Origin: Mobula hypostoma
Lineage: Eukaryota
Direction of reading: 5' to 3'
DNA length: 64,000 bases
NCBI RefSeq assembly: GCF_963921235.1
Contig: NC_086109.1
Coordinates: forward strand, 25,172,001-25,236,000
Position numbers and translations under genes: made by a program. A model generated the notes under the pieces. The model ran no database searches and was not told the origin of the DNA. It saw nothing but the letters and a program-made list of their open reading frames with translations. Positions 1-14,014 of the stretch are shown here, piece by piece. Every line of letters starts with the position of its first letter. The stretch's first letter is position 1.

Positions 1-560
1 ATCCGAGGCGTCCCGGACCCTGGCACCAGGGTGGCAATATACTATCTTGGAATCTTGTTCTGGCCCCTAGAACCTCCTGTCCATTCCCCTAATGAATCCC
101 CTATCACCACAGAGTGTCTCTTCTCCCTCCTTCCCTTCAGACTCAGTGCCAGAGACTCGACCACGTGATTTCTCTCTGTTAGGTCATTTCCTCCCCCCCA
201 AAGAGTATCCAAAGCTGTTGAGGGTGATGATTCTGGGGTACTCTGCACTGGCTGTTTAAACCCCTTTCCCTTTCCTGACCTCTCTATATGTCCTACCTAT
301 CACACCCTCAGCCTGCTGAATGACCCGGAGTTGATCCAACTCCAGCTCTAACTCTTAACACCGATTGTCAGAAGCTGCAGCTGGATGCACTTCTCACGGC
401 TGTAGTCATCAGGGACACTGGAGGTCTCCCTGCCCTCTCGCACCCCAGAAAAGGAACGTTCAACTATTCTGTCTGGCATCTCTCTGTCCTAACTGAGCAG
501 ATATAAAGAAGGGAAGACAAAAAAAGAAAACTTTACCTAGAGCTTTTCTGGTTTTGCTTT
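1..560 (-). mobile_element. CR1 LINE 5' fragment (degenerate ORF1 zinc-finger/SGNH-esterase region), running off the window start
   Basis: Minus-strand VVIGDS esterase motif (ORF 42..248) and a KCIQLQLL-type segment near 375-395; resembles ORF1 of the CR1 at 11742-12281. Confidence 0.7.
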
Positions 561-1727
561 CTCTCACTGAAGCCTCTTTGAGCTAAAGCCTCAAGATCAC
601 CACTCTGACTCTGTCCACTCTGACGACAGCCGCTGTGCTTGACCCCGCCTTCCTTTAATTTGCTCTTGCTACTCAATCCTCAACGACCATCGATTGCTGG
701 TCAAAGCTCAATTATTCTGCCGCGATCCATTCTTTTTGCACTCTGTCAGTGGCCCGCATTGGAATCCCCTCCTCTTAAACTTCTGATGTCCGGTTTGGTC
801 GCTGGTCAAAGCTAGAGTCAGAGAGAGACACACACAAAATTATCCTATTACATTGGAAGGATAAATCAGATGTTAATTGTAGCCAAACAGATATGCAACA
901 GTCAGCACATTGTGTATTTTTAACAAAAATACTCTTTTCTCCCCTGAGGATCAATTCTTTTTAATTACTTTGAGTAGGCTCTTTCATTTGCTATTTCAGC
1001 TCTCAAAGGAACACACCATGAAAGCACCTGTCTATCACAGCAGTGCTGCAGTTAACATAAAATACCCAGTGATCAGAATAAACCTGATCATCACAAAACC
1101 ACAATAGATATTTTTGACTATAAAAGGAATTGCAAACAAAAATATCATACAAGTTTAAGCAGACAAGTTGAGTAGATCTTCTTATATCACACAATGGAGG
1201 GACTGCTCAGAAATGTTTAAGAATGAACAGTAAATTACTCTTATTGGAAATAGTTTCAAAGTGCTGTAAAACAATGGACTTAAGCCAAATTTGAAATACT
1301 GAATCCCTTGCTGATGAAAGCCATTTATGTACTAACAGCTTAAAAGTTTAAAAAAAACATGCAAAGCAGTTGTGGCATCCTGCATTAGAGGATGTGGCGA
1401 TATTTCCTCAAGTGGCCCAAAGAATATCTTTGCAAATAACATCCATGGAACAAACAATAAAGCTTCCTAGCACTTTGGTTGAAATGAGTCAGGTACGAAG
1501 GTGGAGAAAGGACTTGGTTTGTGTTACTTGAGCAGTGCTGACAGTCATCAGTATTGTCTGGACAGAATTTTAGATACACCCCTATGTTGAGAATCTCATC
1601 TTCAACCAGTTGAAAATACAGCTAGCATCCTATTCTTTTGGATGAGACCTATCTAAATCTATCCTTCATTTCCCCTTCGGGAAAGGAACTGTGGATTAAT
1701 TCACTCTGCTGTTCTTTCTTCCTACAG

Positions 1728-1807
1728 TTATGGTGCTGTGCTAGCAGTCAACAGAAAGAGTTCAAACTCCACTTGGCTAAGTTGTGAAAATAAATTCATC
1801 AAACCTG
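1728..1807 (+). other. Candidate 80-nt internal exon of an unidentified transcript
   Basis: Pyrimidine tract TTCTTTCTTCCTACAG| at 1727 and CTG|GTAAGT donor at 1808; one open frame (YGAVLAVNRKSSNSTWLSCENKFIKP); no recognised protein. Confidence 0.3.
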
Positions 1808-3544
1808 GTAAGTGGGGAATTGGCATCAGAAGAGTTTTTAAAGTTTTTAACTTCAATAATAAAAATCTAGCCAGGATGATCTGCAATGTACCTTCGATTT
1901 CATCTAATAGATCAATTCTATGTGACAACTGATTTGCCAGTTTTGCCAGAACAAAAGAGTAGTAGTCAATTGAAATAACTTACAGAATTATCCAATTGAT
2001 AAGATTCCTCTCATGCCAGCAAACTTTGATTTACTTTTATAATTGTCTCCTAGACAAGAACAGCAGACAGCATTAATAACACTGGTGCAAAACAGAATTC
2101 TTTGAGCACTCATTCAAATTATCAAGTTACATCAGTATTTTTCAGAAAATTTGAAGCAGTAAACATTTTCGTTTTCTAACTTAACTCTGGAAGAATTTCA
2201 AAATGTCAACTATAGAAATAGGGGTTTTAATAAACCAAATGAGCTCCAGCCAAGGCTCCTGCACACTTTATGTAGACCATTGGTATTGCTATAATCTAAA
2301 CTTTTCAGGCAGCTTTCCTGACAAGTAATTCTTAATCGAACCGACAAATTGCTTTTCAACTTGAGCAATTGAAGCCGCTGACAGAAAATGCAGTGTCTGA
2401 TGAACAAAGAACAATTCTGCCATTGATTTGACAAAAATCAAATAGTTTGCCTTCAACTGGGCAGTGTTACAGTAACAAGAAAAATTGTTTCATTATAATG
2501 TACTTTAAGCAATCCTACTTGTTTTTGTCTGTCGTACCTACATGGATGACACCTGTGGTCACTTCCAGTTGTCCATCAGCTCGTGAAGGATCTAAATTTC
2601 TTCCACAACGTCGGAAAAACCAAAGCCATTCATTTATTTCGGCTAATACATCTGCATTTCTGGACTGAACACTAAACACACCCAATGCCAGGCCATGGGA
2701 TTAAATCTAGAGGTTCATTAGGTGAGTGGGGAAAGATTTACTAGGAACTCGAGGGGCAACTTTTTCCATCCAAATGGGCACCATGATCAGCATAGACAGG
2801 TTGGGTCATAGAGCCCATTTCTTTGCTCCATGACTCTAATTACAGCATCAGGTCTAGTTCCAAGGCAAAATTTAATGGTTCCCTGGCTCAAACAGATGGA
2901 CCCTTGATCTTACAACTTAGCTTGTTATCATCTTACACCCTATTACTTATCTGCACTGCACTTCAACTGTGGCCGTTACACTATTTGGGATTCTGTTATT
3001 GTTTTACTTTGTACTACCTCAATGCACTGTGTAATGAGTTAATCAGCATGAAGAGCATCTAAGACAAGCTTTTCATTGTACTTTGTTACATGTGATGATA
3101 ATCAAATCTAACTCCAGTTGCTAATGTCAATGCTACATTTACTCCTACCTCAGGAGACATTTTCCTACCTGAGGAACACAGGCTGTTTACATCAACTTCA
3201 CTTCTCAAAGTATCACTTTGGTTCAGGGAACGCGGAAGGGTTTGCTGTAAATGTGACACCTTTGTGGATATCTAGTCACTCATCTCTGACACTTCTAGAA
3301 CTTGCTGTCTATAAAGAGCTACATTTCTTTTGTGGTTTTTATGGTTTAAGTAGGAGGGAGGGGTTAGATTGATCACTGAGTAGGTTTATGTAGGTCAGCA
3401 CGAAATGGCCTTCACTGTGCTGTATTATTCTAAGTTCAATGTTAATAGTAACCGCACGAAAAAAAATACTTAAGTTTAAGCAGATTTGAACTTACTTATA
3501 AATGGGCACAATTGAAATTTTAGGTTCCTTTTTTATTTATAGAT

Positions 3545-3810
3545 ACAATTAGAATCAGGCCCTCGCAGTCCAAAGAGCTGAGGTGTTCAACAACCCACCT
3601 ATTTAACACTAGCTTAGTTACAGGACAATCTACAATGATCAATTAACCCACTAACCGGTACATCTTTGGACCGTGGGAGAAAACTGGAGCACCAAGAAGA
3701 AATCCATGCAGTCACTGGGAGAAAGTACAAACTCCTTAAAGATGGCACTGCACTTGAACGCCGATGCCCCGAGCTGCAATAACGTCACACAAACCACTAC
3801 ACTACTATGA
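3545..3810 (-). mobile_element. V-domain SINE (HE1-like), degenerate
   Basis: Reverse complement of the V-SINE core (GTGGGAGAAAACTGGAGCACC...AATCCATGCAGTCAC) at about 3670-3730. Confidence 0.65.
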
Positions 3811-3902
3811 CCCTAATTTTACTTTCATCTGTACCAAAACCAATGTTTCTGCCTTTAAAAAAAAAACATTCTTCTGACTGATGCGGGGAAGGCTAGAAAA
3901 CA

Positions 3903-5450
3903 TAGTGTATGACAAAAGTATTCAGCCCCCATAACTATTTTTACATTTTACTGCCTCATTCTCTAAATTTAAAATATGTTGAAGTAAGACTTTTTGAGCT
4001 AATCTAAAAAACATTGTACATCATGTCAAATCAAAAGAAAAAAATCCAAAACCTGTCAACTATTTACTAAAAATTAAAAACAAAAATTGTGAGGCTGAAA
4101 AAATATTCATCCCTTTGTAATTCTGAACTCTATATTACCTTAATAACTCACCTAATTTGTTGATGTAGAAAACTGGAGGATCACCTGTTTTTAATAAATT
4201 CATAAGAATATTTCTCTGCAAAGTCCAACAGTATGGTAGATTTTCAACAGACCAAAGCAAAATGAAGACAAAAGAGCATTCAAGACAAGTCAGATAGATG
4301 ATAGTGAAGCACAAATCCGGGAAGGGTACAACAGCATCTCAAAGGAATTGAACATACCTCAGAGCTCAGTGCAGTCCATTGTGAAAAAGCAGGAAAAAAA
4401 TATGAAACTGTGGCCACACTGCCAAGGTCAGGGCTCCCCTCTAAACTTAGTTGCCGGAGAAGAATGGCACTTGCAAAAGAGGTTACTGTGACACCAACAG
4501 TCACACTGAACGAGCTGCAGAAGTCAGGGGCTGCAACTTGAGATGTAGTTCATGGCTCCACAATAAGGATATTTTTGGAAGAATAATAAAGCAGTAGCCC
4601 TGGATTAAAAAAAAACATTGTTTCCCATCAAGACTTTGCAAAAAGTCACTTCGAAGATACTGTAAAGATGTGGAAGGTGGTCTTGTGGTCAGCTATAACT
4701 ACAGTGGAACCTCTTGGCCTCAACACTAAGCAGTACATGTGACATAAATCAAATATGGTCCATCAGCCAGGTAACACCACCCCTTCTGTAAAATATGGTG
4801 GAGGTGGCATAGGGATGCTTTTCAGCAGCAGGGCCTGGCAATCTGGTCTGGATTGATAGGAAGATGAACGTTGCTAAATACAGAGAGATCTTGGATTTTA
4901 AAAACCTGCTAGCCTCTGCTAGAAAGCTTAAATTGGGAAGGCAGTTCTTCTTTAAGCAGACTGCTAGAGCAACCATGGAGTGCTTTTGAATGAAGAAAAT
5001 TGAATTCCTTGTCTGGCCCAGTCAGAATGCTAACTTTAACCTGATCAAATATCCCTGGTAAGACCTCAAGATTGCTGCCCACTTCACTTCCCTTCCCAAC
5101 TAACCTGGCACAGATTAAGCAATTTTGCAGGGAGCAATGGGCAAATCTTGCTCCATTACATTGTGCAAAGCTAATAACAGACTTAGCCAAAAAGACTACT
5201 GGCTGTAATAGCAGCGAGTGGTGGCCCAAGGAAGTACTGAGCAAAGGGGAATGAATATTTTTGAACTGCTGCATTTCAATTTTTGAAGTTTTAGTTTATC
5301 ATGCTTTACAATTTTCCCCTTTTTTGGGCTCTGCTGTGGGGGAGAAAAGGATCATGGGGTTCACAAATAAAAACTCAGTTAAATTGGTCAAAATTTCTGG
5401 CTGTAATACTCATTTACGTGAAGAGTTGAGGGCTGAATACTTTTACACTG
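3903..5450 (+). mobile_element. Tc1-family DNA transposon, IR/DR type, full-length but decayed
   Basis: Left end TAGTGTATGACAAAAGTATTCAGCCCCC and right end GGGCTGAATACTTTTACACTG-TA; inner direct repeats near 4090-4117 and 5243-5270; about 1.55 kb. Confidence 0.85.
4262..5240 (+). pseudogene. Tc1 transposase pseudogene
   Basis: Starts MKTKEHSRQVR*; recognisable Tc1 segments (VLWS, VKYGGG, WPSQ..FNLI, terminal KY*) broken by stops and frameshifts. Confidence 0.8.
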
Positions 5451-7110
5451 TAACTTCCTCAAACTGAATTTTCAGATGTCCAAAATATTAATTATCTTGA
5501 CATTTACACTCATACATGTTAAAGACAAAGACTTTTATATTACATATTCCAATACTACCAAAAATGTTTCAGCACAAATATTTTATGGGAATTACTGGTC
5601 ACTTGGTAAAAATAACTTTGAGAAATACTGAGCAATATGAACCTGTACCACAACTGTGTGAGATCATTGCTGATACAAGAGCTAGAGAAAGAAATTAATT
5701 TTTGTCTACTCATGCTAAGTACGCGTATACAGACAGAGGCCAATGTATGCCATTCCATCTTCAGTTCTACTGAAGGTAATAGCGCTAGAAATACCAAGAC
5801 TAGTTCAACTGGCAGTTAATGTCCTTGCATACATCCAGTGCCACCAACTACAGATGAACTTCTTATCCTAATTTTCTATAACTATTTTTCCTTCAGTCCC
5901 TTAATTCCACTGGTCACTAAAAGTCTATAGATTTTTAAAACAAACAATTCAACTTCTCAAGAGCTCAAAACAGCCTGTTACTTCCCCTATGTTTATCACT
6001 GGACAAAACTTTCATTAGAAAATCTAGCCCGGACTCTCTAAGCAACAGGACTGCTCTATGTACCCTGTTAAATCTCCATGAAGCTTTGAAAATAGTGATC
6101 AAATTATCCCTTAACTGTCTAAATTCTAGGTACATGACTAATTTGTGTAGCTTTACACTGGCATTTAACTCTTGGTGCACAGGCGTTTGTTTGACCATCT
6201 TGTGTGCAATTTTTCATAGATTCTATTGTGTTTCTTTGTATTTATTGTGATTTGCCCGCAAGGATATGAATCGCAGGGTAATACATAGCGATATACATGA
6301 ACTTTGATAATAAATTTACTTTGAACTTTGAGGTGCATTCTGATAAAACTATACTACTCTTTGCAAGGACCTTCACAGAGGTTTTCAAAGTTCTCCAGCT
6401 GTGCTCTGATTATAGAAACTCTACCCTACTGCTTCTGGTCTCTAAAGCAGCTCACATCGAACCTCGTTGAATATTTCCTGTATTGTGTTCTTAACACTTC
6501 AGTAATCTTTGCACATCCATGCCACTTGGAATTACTTTTCTTTCCAGCACCTTACACAGTGCTTTAGTATTATTACTTAATGTTGGGTCGTCAGATCACT
6601 GTCTGGCACTTTTGGGGCACACATGTTACTTCCGACTTATCAGCTGATCACTGAATGTTGTCTAGGATACTGTTCCAAGGAATTCCTGGGGCTAGGAGAC
6701 TGACCTCTGGACACAAATTTTGAGTGGAATGCCAATCCAATTTTTGGAATTTTTTTCCATTCTGTATCAAATTTTACAGGGTCTCTTTGATGCCACGCTA
6801 AAACCAAATGCTATTTGGTACTAAGGGTAATTACTCAGTTCACTCTGGAATTCATATATTTGCTCCATGTTAAAACCAAGTCTGGAATGGGGTCTAAGGC
6901 AAAGCGGTCCATGTAATATCCAAAATGGATACAAGTGTGATGGTTAAATGTGAGTACCATCTGAGAGCACTGCAGACTGCAGTTTCCATCTCTGCAAGTC
7001 AGCCTACCACCGATCATCAGTATGCTAATAAATTAAATGAGATTTGTCCTATTATTTCTGTGAACAGGATATTGCTGAGTAATTTCCCTATATTTTAGGG
7101 TAGGTATATA

Positions 7111-8590
7111 GAATCTGAATCAGGTTCAATATCACTGGCATATGTCTTCACATTGTTTAACTTTGTATCAGCAGTACAATGCACTACATGATAATATAGG
7201 AAAAAAAAATAAGTACATCAATTCCACTGTATATACAAGGATATTAAATAGATTCAAAATAATGCAAAACAGAAATATATATTTAAAAAAGTGAGGTAGC
7301 GTTCATGGGTTCAATGTCCATTTAGGAATTGAATAGTAGAGGGGAAGAAGCTGTTCCTGAATCGCCAGTGTGTGCGTTCAGGTCTGTGTACCTCCTTCCT
7401 AATGGTAACGAGAAGAGGGCAGGTCCTGAGTGATGGGGGTCCTTACTGATGGACACCGCCTTTCTGAGACACTGCTCCTTGAAGATGTCCTGGATACTAG
7501 GGAGGCTAGTAACCATGATGAAGCTGACTAATTTTACAACTTTCTGTAGTTTCTTTTGATCCTGTGCAGTGGCCCCCTATACCAGACAGTGATGCAGCCT
7601 GTCAGAATGCTTTCCAAGGTACATCTGTAGATGTTTGAGTGTCTCGGGTGACAAACCACATCTCTTCAAACTCCTATGAAATATAGCCACTGTTTTGCCC
7701 TCTTTATGGCTGCATTGATATGTTGGGACCAGGTTAGGTCCCGACAGACCTTGACACCCCAGAATTTGAAATTACTCACTCTCTCCACTTCTGATCCCTC
7801 TGAGGATTGTGATGCCTCGTTCTACCCTTTCTAAAGTCCACAATCAGCTCTTTGGTCTTACTGCTGGTCAGTGCAAGGTTTATGCTGCAACACCACTCAA
7901 CTGGCTGGTATATCTCGCTCCCATATGCCCTCTTGTTGCCAACTGAGATTCTACCAACAATGGTTGTACTATCAGCAAACTTACAGATGGCATTTGAGCT
8001 AACATACAATCCTGGGTATAGAAAGAGCAGAGCAGTGGGCTAAGCACACACCCCTTGAGGTGCACCAGTGTTGATCATCAAAGCAGAGGAGTTATTAATA
8101 CCAATCCGCACAGGTTGAGGTTTTCCGTCAGGAAGTCAAGGATCCAATCGCAGAGAGAGGTACAGAGACCAGGGTTCCGTAGCCTACCGAACAGGACTGT
8201 AGGAATGATGGTGTTAAACGCTAAGCAGCATCCTGACATAGGTGTTTGTGTTGTCTAGATGATCTAAGGCCATGTGAAGAGCCTTGCATCTGCCATAGGC
8301 CTATTGTGGCGATAGGGAAATTGCCCTGGGTCCAGGTCCTTGCTGAGGCAGGAGTTGATTATGGCCATGACCAACCTCTCAAATCATTTCATCACTATAG
8401 ATGAGAGTGCTACTGGACAAATCATTAAGGCAGCTCACTCTACTCCTGTTGGGCACTGGTACAATTGCTCCCCTTTTGAAGCAAGTAGGAACTTATAACC
8501 GTAGCAATGAGAAGTTGAATTTGTCCTTGAATACACCTGTCAGTTGGTGGCAGAAGTTTCAGAGCCTTACCAGGCACTCTACTGGGCGGG
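7111..8590 (-). mobile_element. Rex1/Babar-type LINE, 3' part (RT remnant, 3'UTR, short-repeat tail)
   Basis: GCVLSPLLCSFYTQDC, KFADSTTIVGRIS, SKTKELIVDFRK and KDPHHSGPALFS motifs in fragmented minus-strand ORFs; (GATTCA)-type tail near 7111. Confidence 0.8.
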
Positions 8591-10826
8591 GGGGTATAGA
8601 AGTAATGGAGCAGCTTGGCTAGAGGCACAGCTATTTTTGGAATGCAAGCCTTCAAAAGCAAACTGGGGCATTATCTAATCTCATTACCTTTGCTGTATCC
8701 AGTGCATCATCTGCTTTTGAGTTTTAACCATAAAACATATAACAATTACAGCACAGAAACAGGCCATCTCGGCCCTCCTAGTCCGTGCCGAACTCTTACT
8801 CTCACCTAATCCCACCGACCTGCACTTGGCCCATAACCCTCCATTCCTTTCCTGTCCATATACCTATCCAATTTAACTTTAAACGACAACATCGAACCTG
8901 CCTCAACCACTTCTGCTGGAAGCTCATTCCACACAGCTACCACTCTCTGAGTAAAAGAAGTTCCCCCTCATGCTACCCCTAAACTTTTGCTCTTTAACTC
9001 TCAACTCATGTCCTCTTGTTTGAATCTTCCGCACTCTCAATGGAAAAAGCCTATCCACGTCAACTCTATCAATCCCCCTCATAATTTTAAACACCTCTAT
9101 CAAGCCCCCTCTCAACCTTCTACGCTCCCAAGAATAAAGACCTAACTTGTTCAACCTTTCTCTGTAACTTAGGAGATGAAACCCAGGCAATATTTTAGTA
9201 AACCTCCTCTGTACTCTCTCAATTTTATTAACATCTTTCCTATAATTCGGTGACCAGAACTGTACACAATACTCCAAATTTGGCCTTACCAATGCCCTAT
9301 ACATTTCAACATTACATCCCAATTCCTATACTCAATGCTCTGATTAATAAATGCCAGCAAACCAAAAGCTTTCTTCACCAACCTATCCACATGAGATTCC
9401 ACCTTCAGGGAACTATGCACCATTATTCTTAGATCCCTCTGTTCTACAGCATTCTTCAATGCACTACCATTTACCATGTATGTCCTATTTTGATTAGTCC
9501 TACCAAAATGTAGCACCTCACATTTTTCAGCATTAAACACCATTTGCCATCTTTCAGTCCACTCTTCTAACTGTCCTAAATCTCTCTGCAAGCTTTGGAA
9601 ACCTACATCATCCACAACACCACCTATCTTAGTATCATCTACATACTTACTAATCCAATTTACCACCCCATCATCCAGATCATTAATATATATGACAAAC
9701 AACATTGGACAGTACAGATCCCTGAGGCACACCACTACACACCATCCTCCAATCTGACACACAGTTATCAATCACTACTCTCTGGCGTCTTCCATCTAGC
9801 CACTGCTGAATCCATTTTACTACTTCCATATTAATGCCTAACGATTGAACCTTCCTAACTAACCTTCCATGTGGAACCTTGTCAAAGGCCTCACTGAAGT
9901 CCATAGAGACAACATCCACTGCTTTACCCTCATCAACTTCCTTAGTAACCTCATCAAAAAATTCAATAAGATTTGTCAAACATGACCTTCCACGCACAAA
10001 TCCATGTTGACTGTTCCTAATCAGACCCTGTCTATCCAGATAATTATATATACCATCTCTAAGAATACTTTCCATCAATTTACCCACCACTGACGTCAAA
10101 CTCACAGGCCGATAATTGCCAGGTTTACTCTGAGAACCCTTTTTAAACAATGGAACCACATGAGCAATACGCCAATCCTCGGCACAATCCCCATTTCTAA
10201 TGGTATTTGAAATATTTCTGACAGAGCCCCTGCTATTTCTACACTAACTTCCCTCAAGGTCCTCGGGAGTATCTTGTCCGGACCCAGAGACTTATCTACT
10301 TTTATATTCCTTAAAAGCCCCAGTACTTCCTCTTCTTTAATTGTCATACTTTCCATAACTACTCTACTTGTTTCCTTTACCTTACACAATTCAATATCCT
10401 TCGCTTTAGTGAATACCAAAAGAAAAGAAATTGTTCAAAATCTCCCCTATCTCTTTTGACTCTGCACATTGCCGTCCACTCTGATTCTCCAAGGGACCAA
10501 TTTTATCCTTCACTATCCTTTTCCCACTAACATAACTGTAGAAACCCTTTGGATTTATTTTCACCTTACTTGCCAAAGCAGCCTCGTGTCTTATGTTAGC
10601 TTTTCTAATTTCTTTCTTAAGATTCTTTTTACATTCTTTCTATTTCTCCAGTACCTCTAACTCCAACTCCAAGCTGCCTACATTTATTGAAGATCCCTCT
10701 CTTTTTCTGAACCAAGTTTCTAATATCTCTTGAAAACCATGGCTCTCTCAAACTTTCAACCTTTCCTTTCAACCTAACAGGAACATAAAGATTCTGAACC
10801 CTCAAAGTTTCACCTTTAAATGACCT

Positions 10827-11657
10827 TCATTTCTCTGTTACATCCTTCCTAAAAAACAAATTTTCCCAATCTACTCCTTCTAAATCCTTTCGTAGCTCCT
10901 CAAAGTTAGCCTTTCTCCAATCAAAAATCTCAATCCTAGGTCCAGTCCTATCCTTCTCCATAATTACACTGAAACTAATTGTATTGTGATCACTGGACCC
11001 GAAGTGCTCCCCAACAAATACCTCCGTCACCTGCCCTATCTCATTCCCTAACAGGAGATCCAACACTGCCCCCTCTCTAGTTATTACCTCAATGTATTGC
11101 TTCAGAAAACTATCCTGCACACATTTTACAAACTCCAAACCATCCAGTCCTTTTACAGAATGGGCTTCCCAGTCTATGTGTGGAAAATTAAAATCACCCA
11201 CAATCACAACCTTGTGCTTACTACAAATATCTGCTATCTCCTTACAAATTTGCTCCTCCAGTTCTCGGTCCCCATTAGGTGGTCTATAATACACCCCTAT
11301 AAGCATCACAACACCTTTCCTATTCCTCAATTCCACCCAAATAGCCTCCCTAGACGAGTCCACTAATCTATCCTGCCAGAGCACCGCTGTTATATAATCT
11401 CTGACAAGCAGTGCAACACCTCCCCCTCTTGCCCCTCCTATTCTATCACACCTGAAGCAACGAAATCCTGGAATATTTAGTTGCCAATCACACCCCTCCT
11501 GCAACCACGTTTCACTAATAGCTACAACATCATCTTTCCAGGTATTAATCCATGCTCCAAGCTCATCCACCTTTCTTACAATGCTCCTAGCATTAAAATA
11601 GATGCATTTAAGAAACTCTCTACCTCCCACTCTGTTTATTCTTAATGGAGCAAACAA
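10827..11657 (-). pseudogene. CR1 ORF2 apurinic-like endonuclease domain
   Basis: YFNARS, SETWL, YYRPP, VGDFNFP and SDH motifs; frame breaks downstream. Confidence 0.9.
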
Positions 11658-11741
11658 CTTTGTTATCTTTTTCTTCCTTTTCTCCTACATCAACCTCCCC
11701 TCTCCTAGTCTCCTTAATTTGATTCCCTCCCCCCAATGATT

Positions 11742-12281
11742 CTAGTTTAAAGTCACCTCAGTAGCCCTCGCAAATCTCCCCACCAGGACATTGGTCCCCG
11801 TAGGATTCAAGTGCAACCCGTCCACTTTGTACAGGTCATGCCTGCGCCAATAGTGGTCCCAATGATCCAAAAACCCGAATCCTTGCCCCCTGCTCCAATC
11901 CCTCAACCACACATTTATCCTCCACCTCATTGCATTCCTACTCTCACTGTCGCATAGCACAGGCAGTAATCCCGAGATTACTATCTTTGCGGTCCTTTTT
12001 CTCAACTCCCTTCCTAACTCCCTATATTCTTCTTTCAGGACCTCTCCCTTTTTCCAACCTATGTCATTGGTACCTATATGTACCACGACCTCTGGCTCCT
12101 CTCCCTCCAACTTCAGGATCTCTTGGACGCGATCAGAAACATCCCGGACCCTAGCACCGGGGAGGCAAACTACCGTCCGGGTTTCCGGACTTCGTCCACA
12201 GAATCGCCTATCTGACCCCTTAACTATTGAGTCCCCTATTACTTCTGCCCTCCTCTTCTGTTCCCTACCCTTCTTAACTAC
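11742..12281 (-). pseudogene. CR1 ORF1 SGNH/GDSL esterase domain (truncated)
   Basis: IGDS, CLPGA, HIGTND and DGLHLN blocks. Confidence 0.9.
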
Positions 12282-13036
12282 AGTTTTATGCAACTGGTTG
12301 CCATAATAGTGAGGACCCTCAGGAGGAGGCAGAGATAGATTCCTTATTCAACTTTTCTGTCTGAACAAAATTTTAAGATTCATCGTTGTTTGTAATATTC
12401 ACATGCCTCCATCAAAGACAGAGGCTTAAAATATATCACCGCCTCCCATTGGGTGCTGAACTGTACTTCATCATGACCAGTTGTAGTAGGATTCCTATTT
12501 GAACTGTTAGTTTTTGGTCAAAGCTGTGCTTTATGCATGCTGCTTAGCACACAAATGGTCCTGTGGTGCTAGCTTATTAGGCTATCACTTCCATTCTTTG
12601 ACACGCCTGATGCAAGTTCCAGCACTCCATACTGAATCAGGGTTGAACTGCTGGTTTAATAGTAACAGTAGAGCAGGGATTCAAAGTTACAGATTGTGGC
12701 TGGTACTCCACGATGTTTTGTAGACGTCCCATTTTGAGCTGCCAGATCGATTGAGTTTCTTTTCTCCCCATTCACTACATTTGTAGTAACAGCCAATGGA
12801 GGGTATATCTGGTCTCAACAAGGACTGTGCACTGCTCATTTCTACCAGTGGCATTATCTGCCACAGTTCAGTGGTGAAGACACAGCCAAGGTTTGCCTTA
12901 ATGTGTTGACTCATGACCATTTGTGAGACTGTCCCTGCAGGGAGGACTAAACCAGCTCATTCAGAGATGCTACACCAAGCCACTCTTGATGATGGCCGTG
13001 AAAATACCACACCAACAGCATGTTGGGTGTGCCTTG

Positions 13037-13915
13037 TGTTACGAGAATACACATAAAATTAAGATGTTTGCTGGCCTGGGCTAGCATCAGTGGCATCAGC
13101 AGTTGGTCTGCCACCTGCCCTCAGGGGAAGGAGAGATAAGGAACAATGGAGCAGCGTCTGGAGATGTGTAATGAAGGGATGTGGGAGGAAGAGCTGTCTG
13201 GAGCGGCTCCCCCCTTTGAACCCTGAACTGTTTGAAGTGATGGACAGGCGATACCCCAGCAGGGGGATAAAAAGGGACAGGTTCGCTAAGACAGACACAC
13301 ACGCCACCCGAGGTAACGAGACCCTGGAAGCGGTGCGCTTCTCATGAGTGGGTGAGAAGTACCGGACAACGACAAGGGTGGAAAGGTACGATCAGCGGGA
13401 ACCCGGTGTGTGTCCGCCCTTGCCTGGGTGCCGGGTTCACTGCAGAGGATCGACCGCATCTGGAGGAGGGGTCACAGTCGGTGACCTCAGGTGACATCAC
13501 CAAGGACCTGCCCAAAAGCTGTTTGTGAGCCATCTCGCTGGTCTGTGAGCCATCCCGCTGGTCTGTGAGTGAAGCAGTGTTCTGAATGATCAGTTGTTCC
13601 TATTCTGTCTCTCTTCCCCACCTTGTCCATCGCCATGACAACGATTACTGCGAACTGAACTACTAAACTGGACTGAACTTTGAGTCATTTTGAAATTGGT
13701 CATTTACCCCTAGACAACGATAGAGCTTGATTGATGCTGTTATCTTAATTCTGTGCACATGTGTGTTTATCATCACTGAACTGTTGCATTTATTATCCTT
13801 TCGATTACTGTGTTGCTTGTTTCTTTAATAAAACTTTCTTAGTTCTAGTACTCCAGACTCCAACTGAGTGATCCATTTCTGCTGGTTTGGCAACCCAGTT
13901 ACGGGGTACGTAACA
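13037..13915 (+). repeat. 5' LTR
   Basis: TG...CA ends with 7-bp terminal inverted repeat; GATAAAA TATA-like motif near 13266; AATAAA near 13827; internal 20-bp tandem duplication 13524-13569. Confidence 0.97.
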
Positions 13916-13919
13916 TAAG

Positions 13920-13945
13920 TGGGGTTCTCGTCCGCGATTTTGAAC
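13920..13945 (+). promoter_or_regulatory. Primer-binding site, degenerate tRNA-Pro type
   Basis: TGGGGTTCTCGTCCGCGAT compared with the canonical tRNA-Pro PBS TGGGGGCTCGTCCGGGAT; starts 4 nt after the LTR. Confidence 0.8.
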
Positions 13946-14014
13946 GCTAAATTTGGGACGGAGTAAATTGATTGGGTTAAAATTCCCGAAAGAAAGAAAA
14001 GACAAACAGCAGAA

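Larger units (their letters stand above)
8727..12281 (-). mobile_element. CR1 LINE, near full-length (5'-truncated in ORF1), frameshifted ORF2
   Basis: Esterase ORF1, APE endonuclease and RT segments (PGNYRPVSLTS, QHGF, DFSEAFDKVPH, YVDDTK, LVRPNLEYCVQFWSP) in colinear order; 3' tail near 8727; possible TSD AGTTTTA (8720-8726 / 12282-12288). Confidence 0.95.

Noticed and set aside
2536-2664. Possible minus-strand coding exon (SRNADVLAEINEWLWFFRRCGR...)
   Set aside because: Weak splice signals and no recognisable homology.
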